From assembly GCA_963817955.1 (NCBI GenBank), contig CAWFQK010000004.1, positions 608,001-672,000 on the forward strand: a stretch of 64,000 bases of DNA. Direction: 5' to 3'. The notes beneath the pieces are model-generated. The model saw nothing but the letters and a program-made list of their open reading frames with translations, was not told where the DNA came from and ran no database searches. Source of the stretch: an uncultured Gemmatimonadaceae bacterium (GTDB lineage Bacteria > Gemmatimonadota > Gemmatimonadetes > Gemmatimonadales > Gemmatimonadaceae). Every line of letters begins with the position of its first letter. Positions within the stretch are counted from its first letter, which is position 1. A program made the translations under genes and the position numbers. Shown here one piece after another: positions 26,561 to 38,564 of this stretch.

Positions 26561-27084
26561 TCTTTGACGAGCGATCCCATCCACGCCGACGAGCCCTCAC
26601 GCCCGTCGGCGTCAGACGGCGGAGACTGTTCGGCAGCGTTGATCTCCGAGAGCTGGCGCTCGACGATCATGCGCAGCTGCGCCAGATAGGCGCGGCGTGT
26701 GCGGTCGAGCGCGGCAATCTGATCCTCCATGCGACGAATCTCGACGCGCGCTTCTTCGGCAATTCGGTCCGCGTCGCTGTGGGCCTCGCGGATGATGAGC
26801 TGCCCCTCCTTCTCAGCCTGCTCGCGAATCTCGCCGCGCAGCTGTTGCGCCGAGATCAGCGCCTCGTTGATCGCCTTGTCGCGTTCACGAAATGCCCGAA
26901 GCTGTTCGTGGAACCCGCGGGCCTTGCTGTCGAGATCCTGGTTCAGACGCAACAGGCGCTCGAGCTCCTCGGCCACCTGCTCGCGGAACTGATCGACTCG
27001 CTCGGGATCGTAGCCGCGTAGCGCCTTTCCGAACTCATAGCGGCGCACGTCGAGCGGCGTGAGATGAAAGGTCTCGTCGATCAT
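26557..27084 (-). CDS. divIVA: DivIVA domain protein
   Basis: LTPLDVRRYEFGKALRGYDPERVDQF followed by a long coiled coil. Confidence 0.9.
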   Translation of the reverse strand: MIDETFHLTPLDVRRYEFGKALRGYDPERVDQFREQVAEELERLLRLNQDLDSKARGFHEQLRAFRERDKAINEALISAQQLRGEIREQAEKEGQLIIREAHSDADRIAEEARVEIRRMEDQIAALDRTRRAYLAQLRMIVERQLSEINAAEQSPPSDADGREGSSAWMGSLVKE

Positions 27085-27764
27085 GCGGATCTCGCTCCGA
27101 AGAGAATCGTCCCGAGGCGCACCATCGTGGCGCCCTCCTCGACTGCGACCTCGTAATCGTTCGACATTCCCATCGACAGCTCCGTGGCCTCGTGCCCGGC
27201 AGCGCACAACACATCGCGTGCGTCCCGCGCGCCGGCAAATACGAGCCGGAGTGTCGCCTCGTCAGCATCGAGCGGCGCCATGGTCATTACCCCGCGAACG
27301 CGAATCCCCTGCAAAGTTCGCAATCGCTCCGCTTCTGATTGCCAGTCGACACGCGCAAATCCACCCTTTGAATCCTCTCGCACAACGTTCACCTGAAACA
27401 GCACATTCACCGGCCGAGTTCCCGTCGTCCCAACCTCATTGACGGCGTCCGCGAGGCGGCTGCTGTCGAGAGAATGCAGGAGATCGAACCGCGCCAGCAC
27501 CTTCACCTTATTCCGCTGCAAATGGCCGATCAGATGCCAGCGCACCGGCAGCGACAGGGCATCCATCTTCGGCAGCGCTTCTTGAACGCGATTTTCACCG
27601 ACGTCGCCGACCCCCGCATCCCACGCGGCCTGGACCGCATCGGGTCCATGGGTCTTGGTCACGGCAACAATCGTCACCCTTTGGCCATGCCCGCCGCGGC
27701 GAACGGCAGTCTCGATCCGATCACGCACGTCGCGTAGCCGGTCCGGGAGGTCAGGAAACGGCAT
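27081..27764 (-). CDS. yggS: YggS/PLP homeostasis protein
   Basis: VAVTKT, GENRVQE, WHLIGHLQRNK, LSMGMSNDY, GATMVRLGT. Confidence 0.95.
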   Translation of the reverse strand: MPFPDLPDRLRDVRDRIETAVRRGGHGQRVTIVAVTKTHGPDAVQAAWDAGVGDVGENRVQEALPKMDALSLPVRWHLIGHLQRNKVKVLARFDLLHSLDSSRLADAVNEVGTTGTRPVNVLFQVNVVREDSKGGFARVDWQSEAERLRTLQGIRVRGVMTMAPLDADEATLRLVFAGARDARDVLCAAGHEATELSMGMSNDYEVAVEEGATMVRLGTILFGARSA

Positions 27765-27775
27765 AACGCACCAAT

Positions 27776-29737
27776 TTACCGGAGGTTACAAAGTGAATCA
27801 AGGGAAGCGAATTGTGCAGCAGAGGGGTTCGGCAGGAGGATCGACCGAGGGCAAGACAGGATGCCGGAAAAGTACTCGTGTACGGGGTCCAGAGCGGGGT
27901 GCGGCTCGCGTCCGCGACGCCAGATTTCAATTAATCGGGCGGCGGCGGCGGTTGCCGCGGTGTCGACACGAACACTCGGCGCCATTGCATGCCGGTGGAA
28001 ACTACCGCCGTCGTCAGCAGTATCCGCGAGCAACGAGATTCCGATCACCGTCCATCGATCTCCTAGCCGGTTCCTGTCGCGAGCCGGCACGAGCATGGAG
28101 ACGGCCACGGGGCGACGCTGCGCCAGTGCCGACTGCGCGATCCTCGCCGAGCGTGCCACTACGTCACCTGAAATGACGCCCCCGAACAAGCGCTGGCGCC
28201 GCATCAGCTCGTCACCACTCCATGGCGCGCCCAAGAGCGGCATCGTCACCACCGTCACGTCAGGCCGGCGGTGCTCCACCTGCTGAGCGTACCAGAGCGG
28301 ATATGTGTCATTATCGCCCGCAACAAACAGGACGGTGCGGTGAGGAAGTGGATCGAGGAGCATCGAGGCAACTTCGCGCGCCATGCTCGCCTCCGGCTCG
28401 GATCGCCGGTCCACGGCCGACCAATTGAGGACGATGGGCAGGGCGGCCAGCACGACGCCTAGCGCGGCAGGCGCCGCGAACCGACGGACGAGGGCCACCG
28501 CCCCCATGCCGGCCCAAATGCCCCATGCCCAGAATCCAAGCACGAAGAAGTAATCGCGGTCTCGCGCCTCGTGCCTCGCCTCATCGGGAACGAAGGTCCA
28601 CGCGAACGACGTTCCGACCTTCAGGTCGAGATACGTTATGACGCCAAGCGATCCGCAAATCAGGAGCAGCCCCACCGCCACCCAGGTGCGGCGATCGACT
28701 GACCGATGCCAGCGCGATCCAATCAGCCCAAGCGCGGCGAAGCCGACCGTCACGAGCACACGTCCGATCGATGGAATCACCGTTGGCGCAAGCGACAGCG
28801 CAAACTGCCAATCGGCGTACTCGAACCAGTTGGCAATCTGTAACCAGATCGGCGCCTCACGCGGCCACAGGCCCTGGACGTCGTACTGCCTCCGCCCGAC
28901 CACATACGCGAGTTGGCGCCAACTCGAGGGGTTCGCCTGGTTGATCGCCGGATCGTGTCTGGCGCGGACAAGCAGGAACAGGAGCGCGGATGCCGCGACG
29001 AACGTGACGGCGCAGACCGCGAGCGTGTCGCGGGCCGCAAACCGCACGCGAGATCGCGAAAATCCGAACGTGCTCGCCGCCAACAGCGCCGCGCCGGCGA
29101 CGCTGACGGCGATGGACAATCGACTGACGCCCGCCACGAGCACGCTCACCCCGAGCATCGCCAGGCCGGCGCTCCAGTCCCATGCGCCGTCCTGGCGACG
29201 GATGACCAAATAGATCACGACCGGAGCGGCGACGAGCGCGCTGAGGTGCAGCGGCAGCGACAGCGCGAGCAGGTACGCGGCGAGCACCGTCCAGCGACGG
29301 TCCGTTGCGCGTCCCGCCTGATCGGCGACGGCAATCGCGGCAACGGACAGTACGAGCGACGCCGCGTAGACTTCCGTCTCGGTCGCGTTCTGCCACACCG
29401 ACGTCATCGAGCCTGCTGTGATCGCCGCGGCGAGCGCGTACCAAGGGCGACCGGTCGCGCGCGCGATGAACGCCGCCGTCAATCCGACCGCACCGGCCGT
29501 GCAGACGGCCGAAAACAGATTCGTCGCAGTAGCGAATGGCAGAAACGGGCACAGCTTTGCCCAGACGTTCAGTAGAATGACGAACAACGGCGTGCCGGGG
29601 GGATGCGGAATGCCGAGCACTCGGGCGGCCGCGATGAACTCGCCGGAATCCCAGAACGTTACGCTTGGCGCGAGAGTCGCCACGTAGACGACGAACAGTG
29701 CACCGCCGGCAAGCCATCCGGCGCGGCGTGCGGTCAC
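27776..29737 (-). CDS. DUF2723 / TMEM260-like multi-TM glycosyltransferase
   Basis: TLAPSVTFWDSGEF...LGIPHPPGTPL, ETEVY, RDRDYFF, GDNDTYPLWY; many TM segments. Confidence 0.85.
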   Translation of the reverse strand: MTARRAGWLAGGALFVVYVATLAPSVTFWDSGEFIAAARVLGIPHPPGTPLFVILLNVWAKLCPFLPFATATNLFSAVCTAGAVGLTAAFIARATGRPWYALAAAITAGSMTSVWQNATETEVYAASLVLSVAAIAVADQAGRATDRRWTVLAAYLLALSLPLHLSALVAAPVVIYLVIRRQDGAWDWSAGLAMLGVSVLVAGVSRLSIAVSVAGAALLAASTFGFSRSRVRFAARDTLAVCAVTFVAASALLFLLVRARHDPAINQANPSSWRQLAYVVGRRQYDVQGLWPREAPIWLQIANWFEYADWQFALSLAPTVIPSIGRVLVTVGFAALGLIGSRWHRSVDRRTWVAVGLLLICGSLGVITYLDLKVGTSFAWTFVPDEARHEARDRDYFFVLGFWAWGIWAGMGAVALVRRFAAPAALGVVLAALPIVLNWSAVDRRSEPEASMAREVASMLLDPLPHRTVLFVAGDNDTYPLWYAQQVEHRRPDVTVVTMPLLGAPWSGDELMRRQRLFGGVISGDVVARSARIAQSALAQRRPVAVSMLVPARDRNRLGDRWTVIGISLLADTADDGGSFHRHAMAPSVRVDTAATAAAARLIEIWRRGREPHPALDPVHEYFSGILSCPRSILLPNPSAAQFASLDSLCNLR

Positions 29738-30531
29738 GAGACGACTTCGACGCCAGTTTCTTCCGATATCTGACGCGTGGAGCGGCCGGATACCAGGTCG
29801 CGTACCTGCAGCGTGGTCAGATCGCGATACAGGCGGCGATGGGACGCCACGGTGATCGCCGCCGTCTCCTCGGACACGACGACGACGAGCGCGTCCGTTT
29901 CCTCGCTCAGCCCGAGCGCAGCGCGATGCCGCGTGCCGAGCGATCGATCGGAGAGCGCCGCCTGCGACAGCGGCAGGATGCACCCCGCCCCGACGATCGT
30001 GTCGCCGCGAATGAGCACCGCGCCGTCGTGCAGCGGGGAGTACGGAGTGAAGATCGTGGCCAGCAGGTCGGCGGACACCTTGGCCTGCATGGTCGACCCG
30101 GACTGCACGTACTCATCGAGCGATACTTCGCGCTCGATCGCGATGATCGCGCCGATGCCCGAGCGGCTGAGCCGCTCGACCGCCTCGGCGACTTCGTCGG
30201 CGATCTCCACGTCGTGATGCGCGAACAAGCGTGACAGCGGCGACCGACCGATCTGCGCCAGGGCGCCGCGCAACTCGGGCGCGAACACCACGAGCAACGC
30301 GATCGCCCCGAAGTTGAACACCAATGTCAGCAGATAGGTGATCATGGTGAGTTGCAGGAAGTACGCGACGCCGTACGTCCCCGCGAGCACCAGGAGACCG
30401 GCCAGCACCTGCATGGCACGCGTTCGATGGATGAGCGCGAGCACGCGGTAGAGCGCAAAGCTCACCACGAGGATCTCGACGGCGTCACGCCAGCTGGGAT
30501 GCAGCAGCCGCAGTTGTTCCAGAATACTCAT
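29734..30531 (-). CDS. cdaA: Diadenylate cyclase CdaA
   Basis: Three N-terminal TMs; PLHDGAV and LGTRHRAALGLSEETDA DAC motifs. Confidence 0.94.
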   Translation of the reverse strand: MSILEQLRLLHPSWRDAVEILVVSFALYRVLALIHRTRAMQVLAGLLVLAGTYGVAYFLQLTMITYLLTLVFNFGAIALLVVFAPELRGALAQIGRSPLSRLFAHHDVEIADEVAEAVERLSRSGIGAIIAIEREVSLDEYVQSGSTMQAKVSADLLATIFTPYSPLHDGAVLIRGDTIVGAGCILPLSQAALSDRSLGTRHRAALGLSEETDALVVVVSEETAAITVASHRRLYRDLTTLQVRDLVSGRSTRQISEETGVEVVS

Positions 30532-31385
30532 ACCGCTCCGCTCTGCCTGATCGCCCACGCCACGTCCAACGCCTCGCGGGACGGACGCACATCGTGCACC
30601 CGGAACAGCAGCGCGCCGCGCTCCAGGGCCGACACATTCGCGCCCACGGTCCCCGCCACGCGTTCCCGCGGTGATGTCACCTTCGTGAGTTCGCCGACGA
30701 ATCGCTTGCGCGACGCGCCGACCATGACTGGCCATCCAAGCGCAGCGATGCGAGCCAGGCCGGCGAGGACCGCCAGCGAGTGCTCGCTGCGCTTCGCAAA
30801 TCCGAGTCCGGGATCGACGACGATGCACGCCGCGGGAATGCCTGCCCGCTCGCCCACCGTCGCCATGCCGCGCAATTCCGCCGTCACTTCGCCGACGACG
30901 TCCACGCCGTACACCGCATGCACAAATGTCGCCATGTCGGCCACGTCGCCGCGCGAGTGCATGAGCACCACGCCTGCCCCTCCCGCAGCGCACACACTGG
31001 CCATGTCCGCATCGAGCCGCAATCCCGACACGTCGTTGACGATCGATGCGCCGGCCGCGAGCGCCTCTCGCGCCACGCGCGCCTTGACGGTGTCGACCGA
31101 AATCGGAACACCGGGATGGTCGGCACGCACGGCCTCGATGACCGGCAGCACGCGGCGCAGTTCTTCGTCGGCGGGCACCGGAAGGGCACCTTGGGGCCTG
31201 GTCGACTCTCCGCCGATATCAACCACATCGGCGCCTTCGGCGATCAGTTGATCGGCGTGACGGCGCGCATCGGCCAACGACTGCAACCGCCCGCCGTCGC
31301 TGAAGCTGTCAGGTGTGGCGTTGAGAATGCCGAGGATGTGAGGACGGTCCAGCGACAGAACGCCGGAAGCGTGACGCCATTGCAT
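30528..31385 (-). CDS. folP: Dihydropteroate synthase
   Basis: GILNATPDSFSDGG, DIGGESTRP, SVDT, NDVSG, DPGLGFAK, SRKRF, RVHDV. Confidence 0.95.
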   Translation of the reverse strand: MQWRHASGVLSLDRPHILGILNATPDSFSDGGRLQSLADARRHADQLIAEGADVVDIGGESTRPQGALPVPADEELRRVLPVIEAVRADHPGVPISVDTVKARVAREALAAGASIVNDVSGLRLDADMASVCAAGGAGVVLMHSRGDVADMATFVHAVYGVDVVGEVTAELRGMATVGERAGIPAACIVVDPGLGFAKRSEHSLAVLAGLARIAALGWPVMVGASRKRFVGELTKVTSPRERVAGTVGANVSALERGALLFRVHDVRPSREALDVAWAIRQSGAV

Positions 31386-31432
31386 GCGGTAAGCTACAAC
31401 TCCCGGGTGTACGTGATTCGCCATGGTTGGCG

Positions 31433-31460
31433 AAAAAAGGGAGCGCCAATGCGCTCCCTT
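31433..31460 (-). terminator. Intrinsic terminator after ftsH
   Basis: Minus strand AAGGGAGCGC-ATTG-GCGCTCCC-TTTTTT. Confidence 0.8.
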
Positions 31461-31494
31461 CACTTCGATCATGCCCGACCTGGTTGCGGCTCGA

Positions 31495-33476
<1,982 letters not shown>

Positions 33477-33477
<1 letters not shown>

Positions 33478-34028
33478 TACTGCAAGCTCGCTATATACGG
33501 AAGGTGCCGGAAGTTCTCTGCGTGATCCAATCCATACCCCACCAGGAACTCGTTAGGTGCATCGAACCCGATGAAACGCGTCGGATACCGCAGCTCGGTT
33601 GCCAAGTTCTTATGCAGCAACGCGCAAATTTCCAAGGAACGCGGTTTCCGTGCCCGGAGTATGTCCATCAGCCGGCTCAGGGTGCGACCGGTGTCGACAA
33701 TGTCCTCCACCAGCAGGATATGCTTTCCCTCGAGTTCGGTTTCCGGGTCGTACAACAAGCGGACGTTTCCGCTGGACACCGTGGAGTCGCCGTAGCTAGA
33801 GGCGACGAGGAAATCCACCTGAAGCGGACGCACTACTTCACGTACCAGATCACTGAGAAATATAAAGCTCCCTTTGAGGAGCCCTAGCATCAGCAGCTCG
33901 CCCTCAGGATAGGTGGTCGTGATTTCGGCGCCCAGCTCACGGACGCGCTCGGCAATCTGCTCTTTCGAGTACGCGATGCGGTCGACGGCGCGACCGAGCA
34001 GTCGCGGATCAGCGATTGATGTATTCAC
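33477..34028 (-). CDS. hpt: Hypoxanthine phosphoribosyltransferase
   Basis: LLKGSFIF, SSYG, LLVEDIVDTGRTL, FLVGYGLD. Confidence 0.95.
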
Positions 34029-35313
34029 ACACGAAAGGTAACCCCGGTCGACCGGACCGGTCGGGTGCCACATCGCCGTGGCGCACTCCAGGAATCCAGA
34101 CGATCTGGTCCCCGGCCAACACTACGGGCCACAGGGCTCGTTCGTGTCCGGTAACCCCCGCATCCGACAGGAAATACTTCACCTTTCGTGGGGCACCTGC
34201 CCCGTGCGCGGTCATGACGTCTCCCGCTTGCCATGCGCGGATCGACAGCGGCTGATCCGTAGGCAGCCAGGCAGACCAGGAATCGGCACTGGATGGGCGC
34301 GCCGATGGTTCGAACCACCAGTCGCCCCAACGGGTTGCATTTGATAGCTCCAGCGTCGCGGCGGTCGCCTGGGCGCCTCCGGACGCGCGGAGCTGGAAGG
34401 CGTCGCGCGAGCGCGTCACCTGCCATCCCCCCGCGAGTTGCATTCGGGCCCCAACGCGCCCCTGCTTCGTGAATTCAGCCAAGCGCGCCGTGCCGCGACG
34501 ATCGAGGATCAACCCGGACCGAGCGGCAATGGCTGGCCACAACGCGGCCAATTCGCGTTCAGTGTGCTGCCCAATGGACGCCGCACATATGTCGAGTCCA
34601 TGCCCGTCGGCAACCACCCGCATCTCGACGGACGCCGAGACATGAATTTCGAGATCATCACGCCAACGCGCCGCCTTGCGCGCCACCGCGAGCAAGTCAT
34701 CCTCGATTGATGGGCGCACGTGGCGCAGCGCCGGCAGCAGATCGTGACGCACTCGATTGCGGAAGTACCGCGGGGACATGTTCGACGGGTCCTCCACCCA
34801 GGACAGTCCTTGAGCGCGGGCATATCGCGTGAGATCACGCCGTCTGGTACGCAGCAGCGGACGGACGATGTCGCTTTCAGCGTAGAGGCCGGCGAGCCCA
34901 CGCGCACCGGCGCCACGCAGCACGCGCATGAGGACGGTCTCCACTTGGTCATCTTCCGTATGTGCGGTGCAGACCGCGGCGCCTGTCGCGGCGCTGACCC
35001 CGCGCAGAAAGCGCCAGCGCGCATCCCGGAACTCGGCCTCGCTCGACAGCGCCCCTGTCGCCCGCCCGGTGACGCATTCGATGCCGAGCGTCGCAGCGAA
35101 CTCTTCAACAAGTGTTCGCGCAGCCGTCGCGGCCATGCCAGTGCCGTGGTCGAATGTCGCCACGGTCAGGTGGTCGCGCGAGACCGTGACCGCCGCGGCG
35201 TCGAGGAGAACCATGGAATCGAGGCCGCCAGAGACGGCGAGGACCACGCGCCCATGACGGTTGAGCGTGGCGCGAACAGATTGGCGAATCGACGTCGTCT
35301 CACGGATCGACAC
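34009..35313 (-). CDS. tilS: tRNA(Ile)-lysidine synthetase
   Basis: AVSGGLDS, HTEDDQVET, RPLL, EDPSN, RNRVRH; start uncertain (GTG 35313 or ATG 35334). Confidence 0.92.
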   Translation of the reverse strand: MSIRETTSIRQSVRATLNRHGRVVLAVSGGLDSMVLLDAAAVTVSRDHLTVATFDHGTGMAATAARTLVEEFAATLGIECVTGRATGALSSEAEFRDARWRFLRGVSAATGAAVCTAHTEDDQVETVLMRVLRGAGARGLAGLYAESDIVRPLLRTRRRDLTRYARAQGLSWVEDPSNMSPRYFRNRVRHDLLPALRHVRPSIEDDLLAVARKAARWRDDLEIHVSASVEMRVVADGHGLDICAASIGQHTERELAALWPAIAARSGLILDRRGTARLAEFTKQGRVGARMQLAGGWQVTRSRDAFQLRASGGAQATAATLELSNATRWGDWWFEPSARPSSADSWSAWLPTDQPLSIRAWQAGDVMTAHGAGAPRKVKYFLSDAGVTGHERALWPVVLAGDQIVWIPGVRHGDVAPDRSGRPGLPFVCEYINR

Positions 35314-35416
35314 AATAAATAAGATAGTACACATATTGCTGGATAGCCGGTCACTGGAACGCCGTCGCCGCCGCGGGTATACTTCGGGTGCCGGTTCATC
35401 TGACAGGAGTGTTCGC

Positions 35417-35596
35417 ATGGAAACTCACGGTCCGCTTGGCACCCTTTGGGTCAGCCTGGCGCTCGGCTGCTTCTATATTGCGCTCCTCTGGTTGAATACA
35501 CTGCTCGGATTCTTGCTGACGCCGTTGTTCGTCATTCCGGCGACATGGGTGCAGGATCGGGTGAGTGATATGCGCCGCACGATGTCGCAACGCTGA
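35417..35596 (+). CDS. Small hydrophobic membrane protein (59 aa)
   Basis: AGGAG RBS 7 nt before ATG; METHGPLGTLWVSLALGCFYIALLWLNTLLGFLLTPLFVIP...; followed by a terminator. Confidence 0.6.
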   Translation: METHGPLGTLWVSLALGCFYIALLWLNTLLGFLLTPLFVIPATWVQDRVSDMRRTMSQR

Positions 35597-35626
35597 GCCG
35601 ACGGCGAATGGATTCGCATGTGCAAG

Positions 35627-35654
35627 GACGGGGATGATTCCCCGTCTTTTTTTT
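35627..35654 (+). terminator. Intrinsic terminator
   Basis: GACGGGGA-TGAT-TCCCCGTC followed by T8. Confidence 0.8.
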
Positions 35655-35681
35655 GCGTCCCGTGTCCCGTGTCCCATGTCC
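35654..35681 (+). repeat. Four heptamers (CGTGTCC family) overlapping a start codon
   Basis: TGCGTCC CGTGTCC CGTGTCC CATGTCC. Confidence 0.6.
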
Positions 35682-38564
35682 TGGCTCAGACGCGCTGTCC
35701 TGATCCTGATTCTCGTGCCGGCGGTGGCGAACGCCCAATTCACCGTGCGCACGTGGCTGCCCTGGCGCACCATCGAGACCCCGCATTTCGCGTTTCACTA
35801 TCCGAGGGAGCTCGACGCGTGGACGCAAAGTGTCGCGCTGCGCGTGGAGGCAATCGATTCGGCGGTGTCGCGGCTCGTCGGCTACACGCCGGCGCGTAAG
35901 ACGCACGTTGTCGTCGACGATCCCTATGAAACGCCGAACGGGTCGGCCTGGCCGTATCTCAACGGGCCGGTGATCAGCCTCTGGGCGACACCGCCCGATC
36001 CGCGCGATGACATTGGCGAGTTTCGTGTGTGGGGGGAAATGGTGGTGTCGCACGAATTCGCGCACATCGCGCACCTGACGCGACCTTCGCGGAACGCGTT
36101 TACCAGGCATCTGTGGCAGGCCCTGCCGGTGGACATCGGTCCCGTGGCCATGCGCGCGCCCCGGTGGGCAATCGAAGGCTACGCTACGTACATCGAAGGA
36201 CGCGTCACAGGATCCGGCCGGCCCCATGGCGCATGGCGTGCAGCCTTTCTCCGCCAGTGGGCGCTCGAAGGCCAGTTGCCGCACTACGAACAGCTCGACT
36301 CCTGGGGCGCGTATGCGGGAGGAGAGTTCGCCTATCTTGCCGGTTCGGCGTACCTCGAATGGCTCGTCGCCCACCACGGAGACTCGAGCCTCGTTCAGGT
36401 CTGGCGACGGCTCAGCGCCAAGCAGACACGCACCTTCGATCAAGCATTCACCGGCGTGTTTGGCGAAAGCCCACGCGCCCTGTATGGACAGTTCACCACG
36501 GACCTCACCGCGAATGCGCTCGCCGCGCAACGTCTCATTCGCGCGGCGGGTACGGACACCGGCGCCATCGTGCAACGGTTGTCGTGGGGCACTGGCGATC
36601 CGGCCGTTTCGGCCGATGGACAGCGAATTGTAATTGTACTTCGCTCACCGACGGAAGCCTCGCGCGTGGTGATCTGGGGTTCGGCGCCTGAACCGGACAC
36701 CGGGAAAGCGCGGCGTGATTCCCTGCTGCTCCGCGCAGATCCAGAAGATGTGCCAGCGCGCGCCATCTACCCCGCTCCCAAGAAGGTGCTCGCCACATTG
36801 CGATCGAACGGCGCGTCGTATGACTCACCGCGTTTTCTGCGCGATGGACGGGTGCTGCTCTGGAAGAGTACACCCGTTGGAAACGGCTCATTTCGTCCCG
36901 ACCTTTTCCTGTGGGATCCACGGCGTCACCAGGTACGCCGAGTGACGCATGGAGCGTCGGTCCGCGACGGCGACCCATCTCCCGACGGACGCACCGCCGT
37001 GGCCGCGCGCTGTCATTCAGGATGGTGCGATCTGGTGTCGGTTGATTTGAATGACGGTGCGGTTCGCGTCATCGCGGCCGGGAGTCCCACTCGTTCGTTT
37101 TACCGTCCTCGGATCCGGCCCGGCGGCCGGGACGCAATCGTGTCCGTCCACGACGGAGCATCCTGGCAGCTCGCGCTCGTAACGCTCGCCACCGGCGAGA
37201 TGAGACACCTCGCAACGCCATCCGGTGCGAACTGGTATGACGCCGCGTGGGTGAATGCCACGCAGGTTGTCGCGGTGAGCGAGCGTGGCGGCGTGGCGAA
37301 CATTACGAGCGTCAACGTCGACAGCGCCGAGACACGGGTGCTCACTGCCGTTACTGGGGCAGCCGTGGCGCCGGAACCGAACCCGCGCGACAGCAGCATT
37401 CTCTTCCTATCACTCTATTCGCGCGGCTACGATCTTCGGTCCGTGCCGCGTGGCGGAACCACCGATGCTGCCGTGTCATTGCCGTCGGAGTTGACGCCCG
37501 CTGCCTCACCCCCGCCGCGGCCCCGCCGAGAGTTTCCGGCGAACGGCGTTTCAGCGCCACAGCCCTTTGCGCTGACGCCGCGCCTCTTCCGTTGGATTCC
37601 TCAGCCAGAGTTCGACGCCGACGGCATGAGTCTGGGACTCGGTTTGGTGAGCAACGACATGATTGGACGAAGCGAGGTGATCGCCAAGTTTGCGCTCGGC
37701 GACGCCGCCATGTGGCGCGGCGGCGCGCTCAATACAAACTGGCGTGGGACGCGTCCTGCGATTCACGTCCAATTCTTCGCCGCCGAACAACGTCCGAGCG
37801 AAAGCCACTTGCCGGTAGCGCGGCCGATCGACCTCGATGCGCGGCTGAGCGGCGCCACGTTGGCCGTGGACGGCACGCAGCAATACGAGCGTTGGGCATC
37901 GCGGCTGCGCGCCGGCGGAAGCGTCGGCCAGGCAACGATGCTCGCGGCGCAGACGCCGTCGTCGGCCGAATCGTCGGCCATTCGCGCCCTCGTGTTCGCC
38001 GACGGCGCGCTGGCCTGGACCCAGCGCGGCGCCTTGGCGAGCGTAACCGAATCGTTCGGGGTCAACGCCACCGCCGGGCAGTCGTTCTCCAATCGCTTTT
38101 CGCGGGGCGTCGTGACCGCGAGCCTCTCATCGTCTGGCCAGCGCGCGTTTCCGCTCGGCGTCTCCGCGCTCTACGGTCGCACCAACGCCGACGCCCCGCC
38201 GTTCGAGCAGTTTGCGCTCGGCGGCGGAGCATCGCCGATCATCGATCGCGTGCTGCTCTCCCAACGCGTGACCATGCCAGCACTACCGACAGCCATGAGC
38301 GTGAACTCGTCGGTGTTCACATATCGGGCGACATTGGCCGCCGCGCCATTCGTGTGGTATTGGTGGGCGGGCAGCACGGCGGCGGCCGGCGAGCGGTTCA
38401 CCGCGTGGCAGCGCGTGGCCGGCCTGGAGTGGTCGGAGGCGGTCGGTCCGATCGCCATCGCCGGGACACCCGCGGCACGCATCCAGATTGGCGTCGGCGA
38501 GTCATTAGACGCGCCGTTCCGGCATCGGGTGCGGGCGTACCTGAACCTCGTCCTGGACCCCTAG
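35676..38564 (+). CDS. Exported protein: zincin-like domain + TolB-like beta-propeller + probable C-terminal beta-barrel
   Basis: Signal peptide ending [24 protein letters not shown]...[11 protein letters not shown]40-like repeats (PAVSADG, PSPDG); C-terminal alternating beta strands. Confidence 0.75.
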   Translation: MSWLRRAVLILILVPAVANAQFTVRTWLPWRTIETPHFAFHYPRELDAWTQSVALRVEAIDSAVSRLVGYTPARKTHVVVDDPYETPNGSAWPYLNGPVISLWATPPDPRDDIGEFRVWGEMVVSHEFAHIAHLTRPSRNAFTRHLWQALPVDIGPVAMRAPRWAIEGYATYIEGRVTGSGRPHGAWRAAFLRQWALEGQLPHYEQLDSWGAYAGGEFAYLAGSAYLEWLVAHHGDSSLVQVWRRLSAKQTRTFDQAFTGVFGESPRALYGQFTTDLTANALAAQRLIRAAGTDTGAIVQRLSWGTGDPAVSADGQRIVIVLRSPTEASRVVIWGSAPEPDTGKARRDSLLLRADPEDVPARAIYPAPKKVLATLRSNGASYDSPRFLRDGRVLLWKSTPVGNGSFRPDLFLWDPRRHQVRRVTHGASVRDGDPSPDGRTAVAARCHSGWCDLVSVDLNDGAVRVIAAGSPTRSFYRPRIRPGGRDAIVSVHDGASWQLALVTLATGEMRHLATPSGANWYDAAWVNATQVVAVSERGGVANITSVNVDSAETRVLTAVTGAAVAPEPNPRDSSILFLSLYSRGYDLRSVPRGGTTDAAVSLPSELTPAASPPPRPRREFPANGVSAPQPFALTPRLFRWIPQPEFDADGMSLGLGLVSNDMIGRSEVIAKFALGDAAMWRGGALNTNWRGTRPAIHVQFFAAEQRPSESHLPVARPIDLDARLSGATLAVDGTQQYERWASRLRAGGSVGQATMLAAQTPSSAESSAIRALVFADGALAWTQRGALASVTESFGVNATAGQSFSNRFSRGVVTASLSSSGQRAFPLGVSALYGRTNADAPPFEQFALGGGASPIIDRVLLSQRVTMPALPTAMSVNSSVFTYRATLAAAPFVWYWWAGSTAAAGERFTAWQRVAGLEWSEAVGPIAIAGTPAARIQIGVGESLDAPFRHRVRAYLNLVLDP

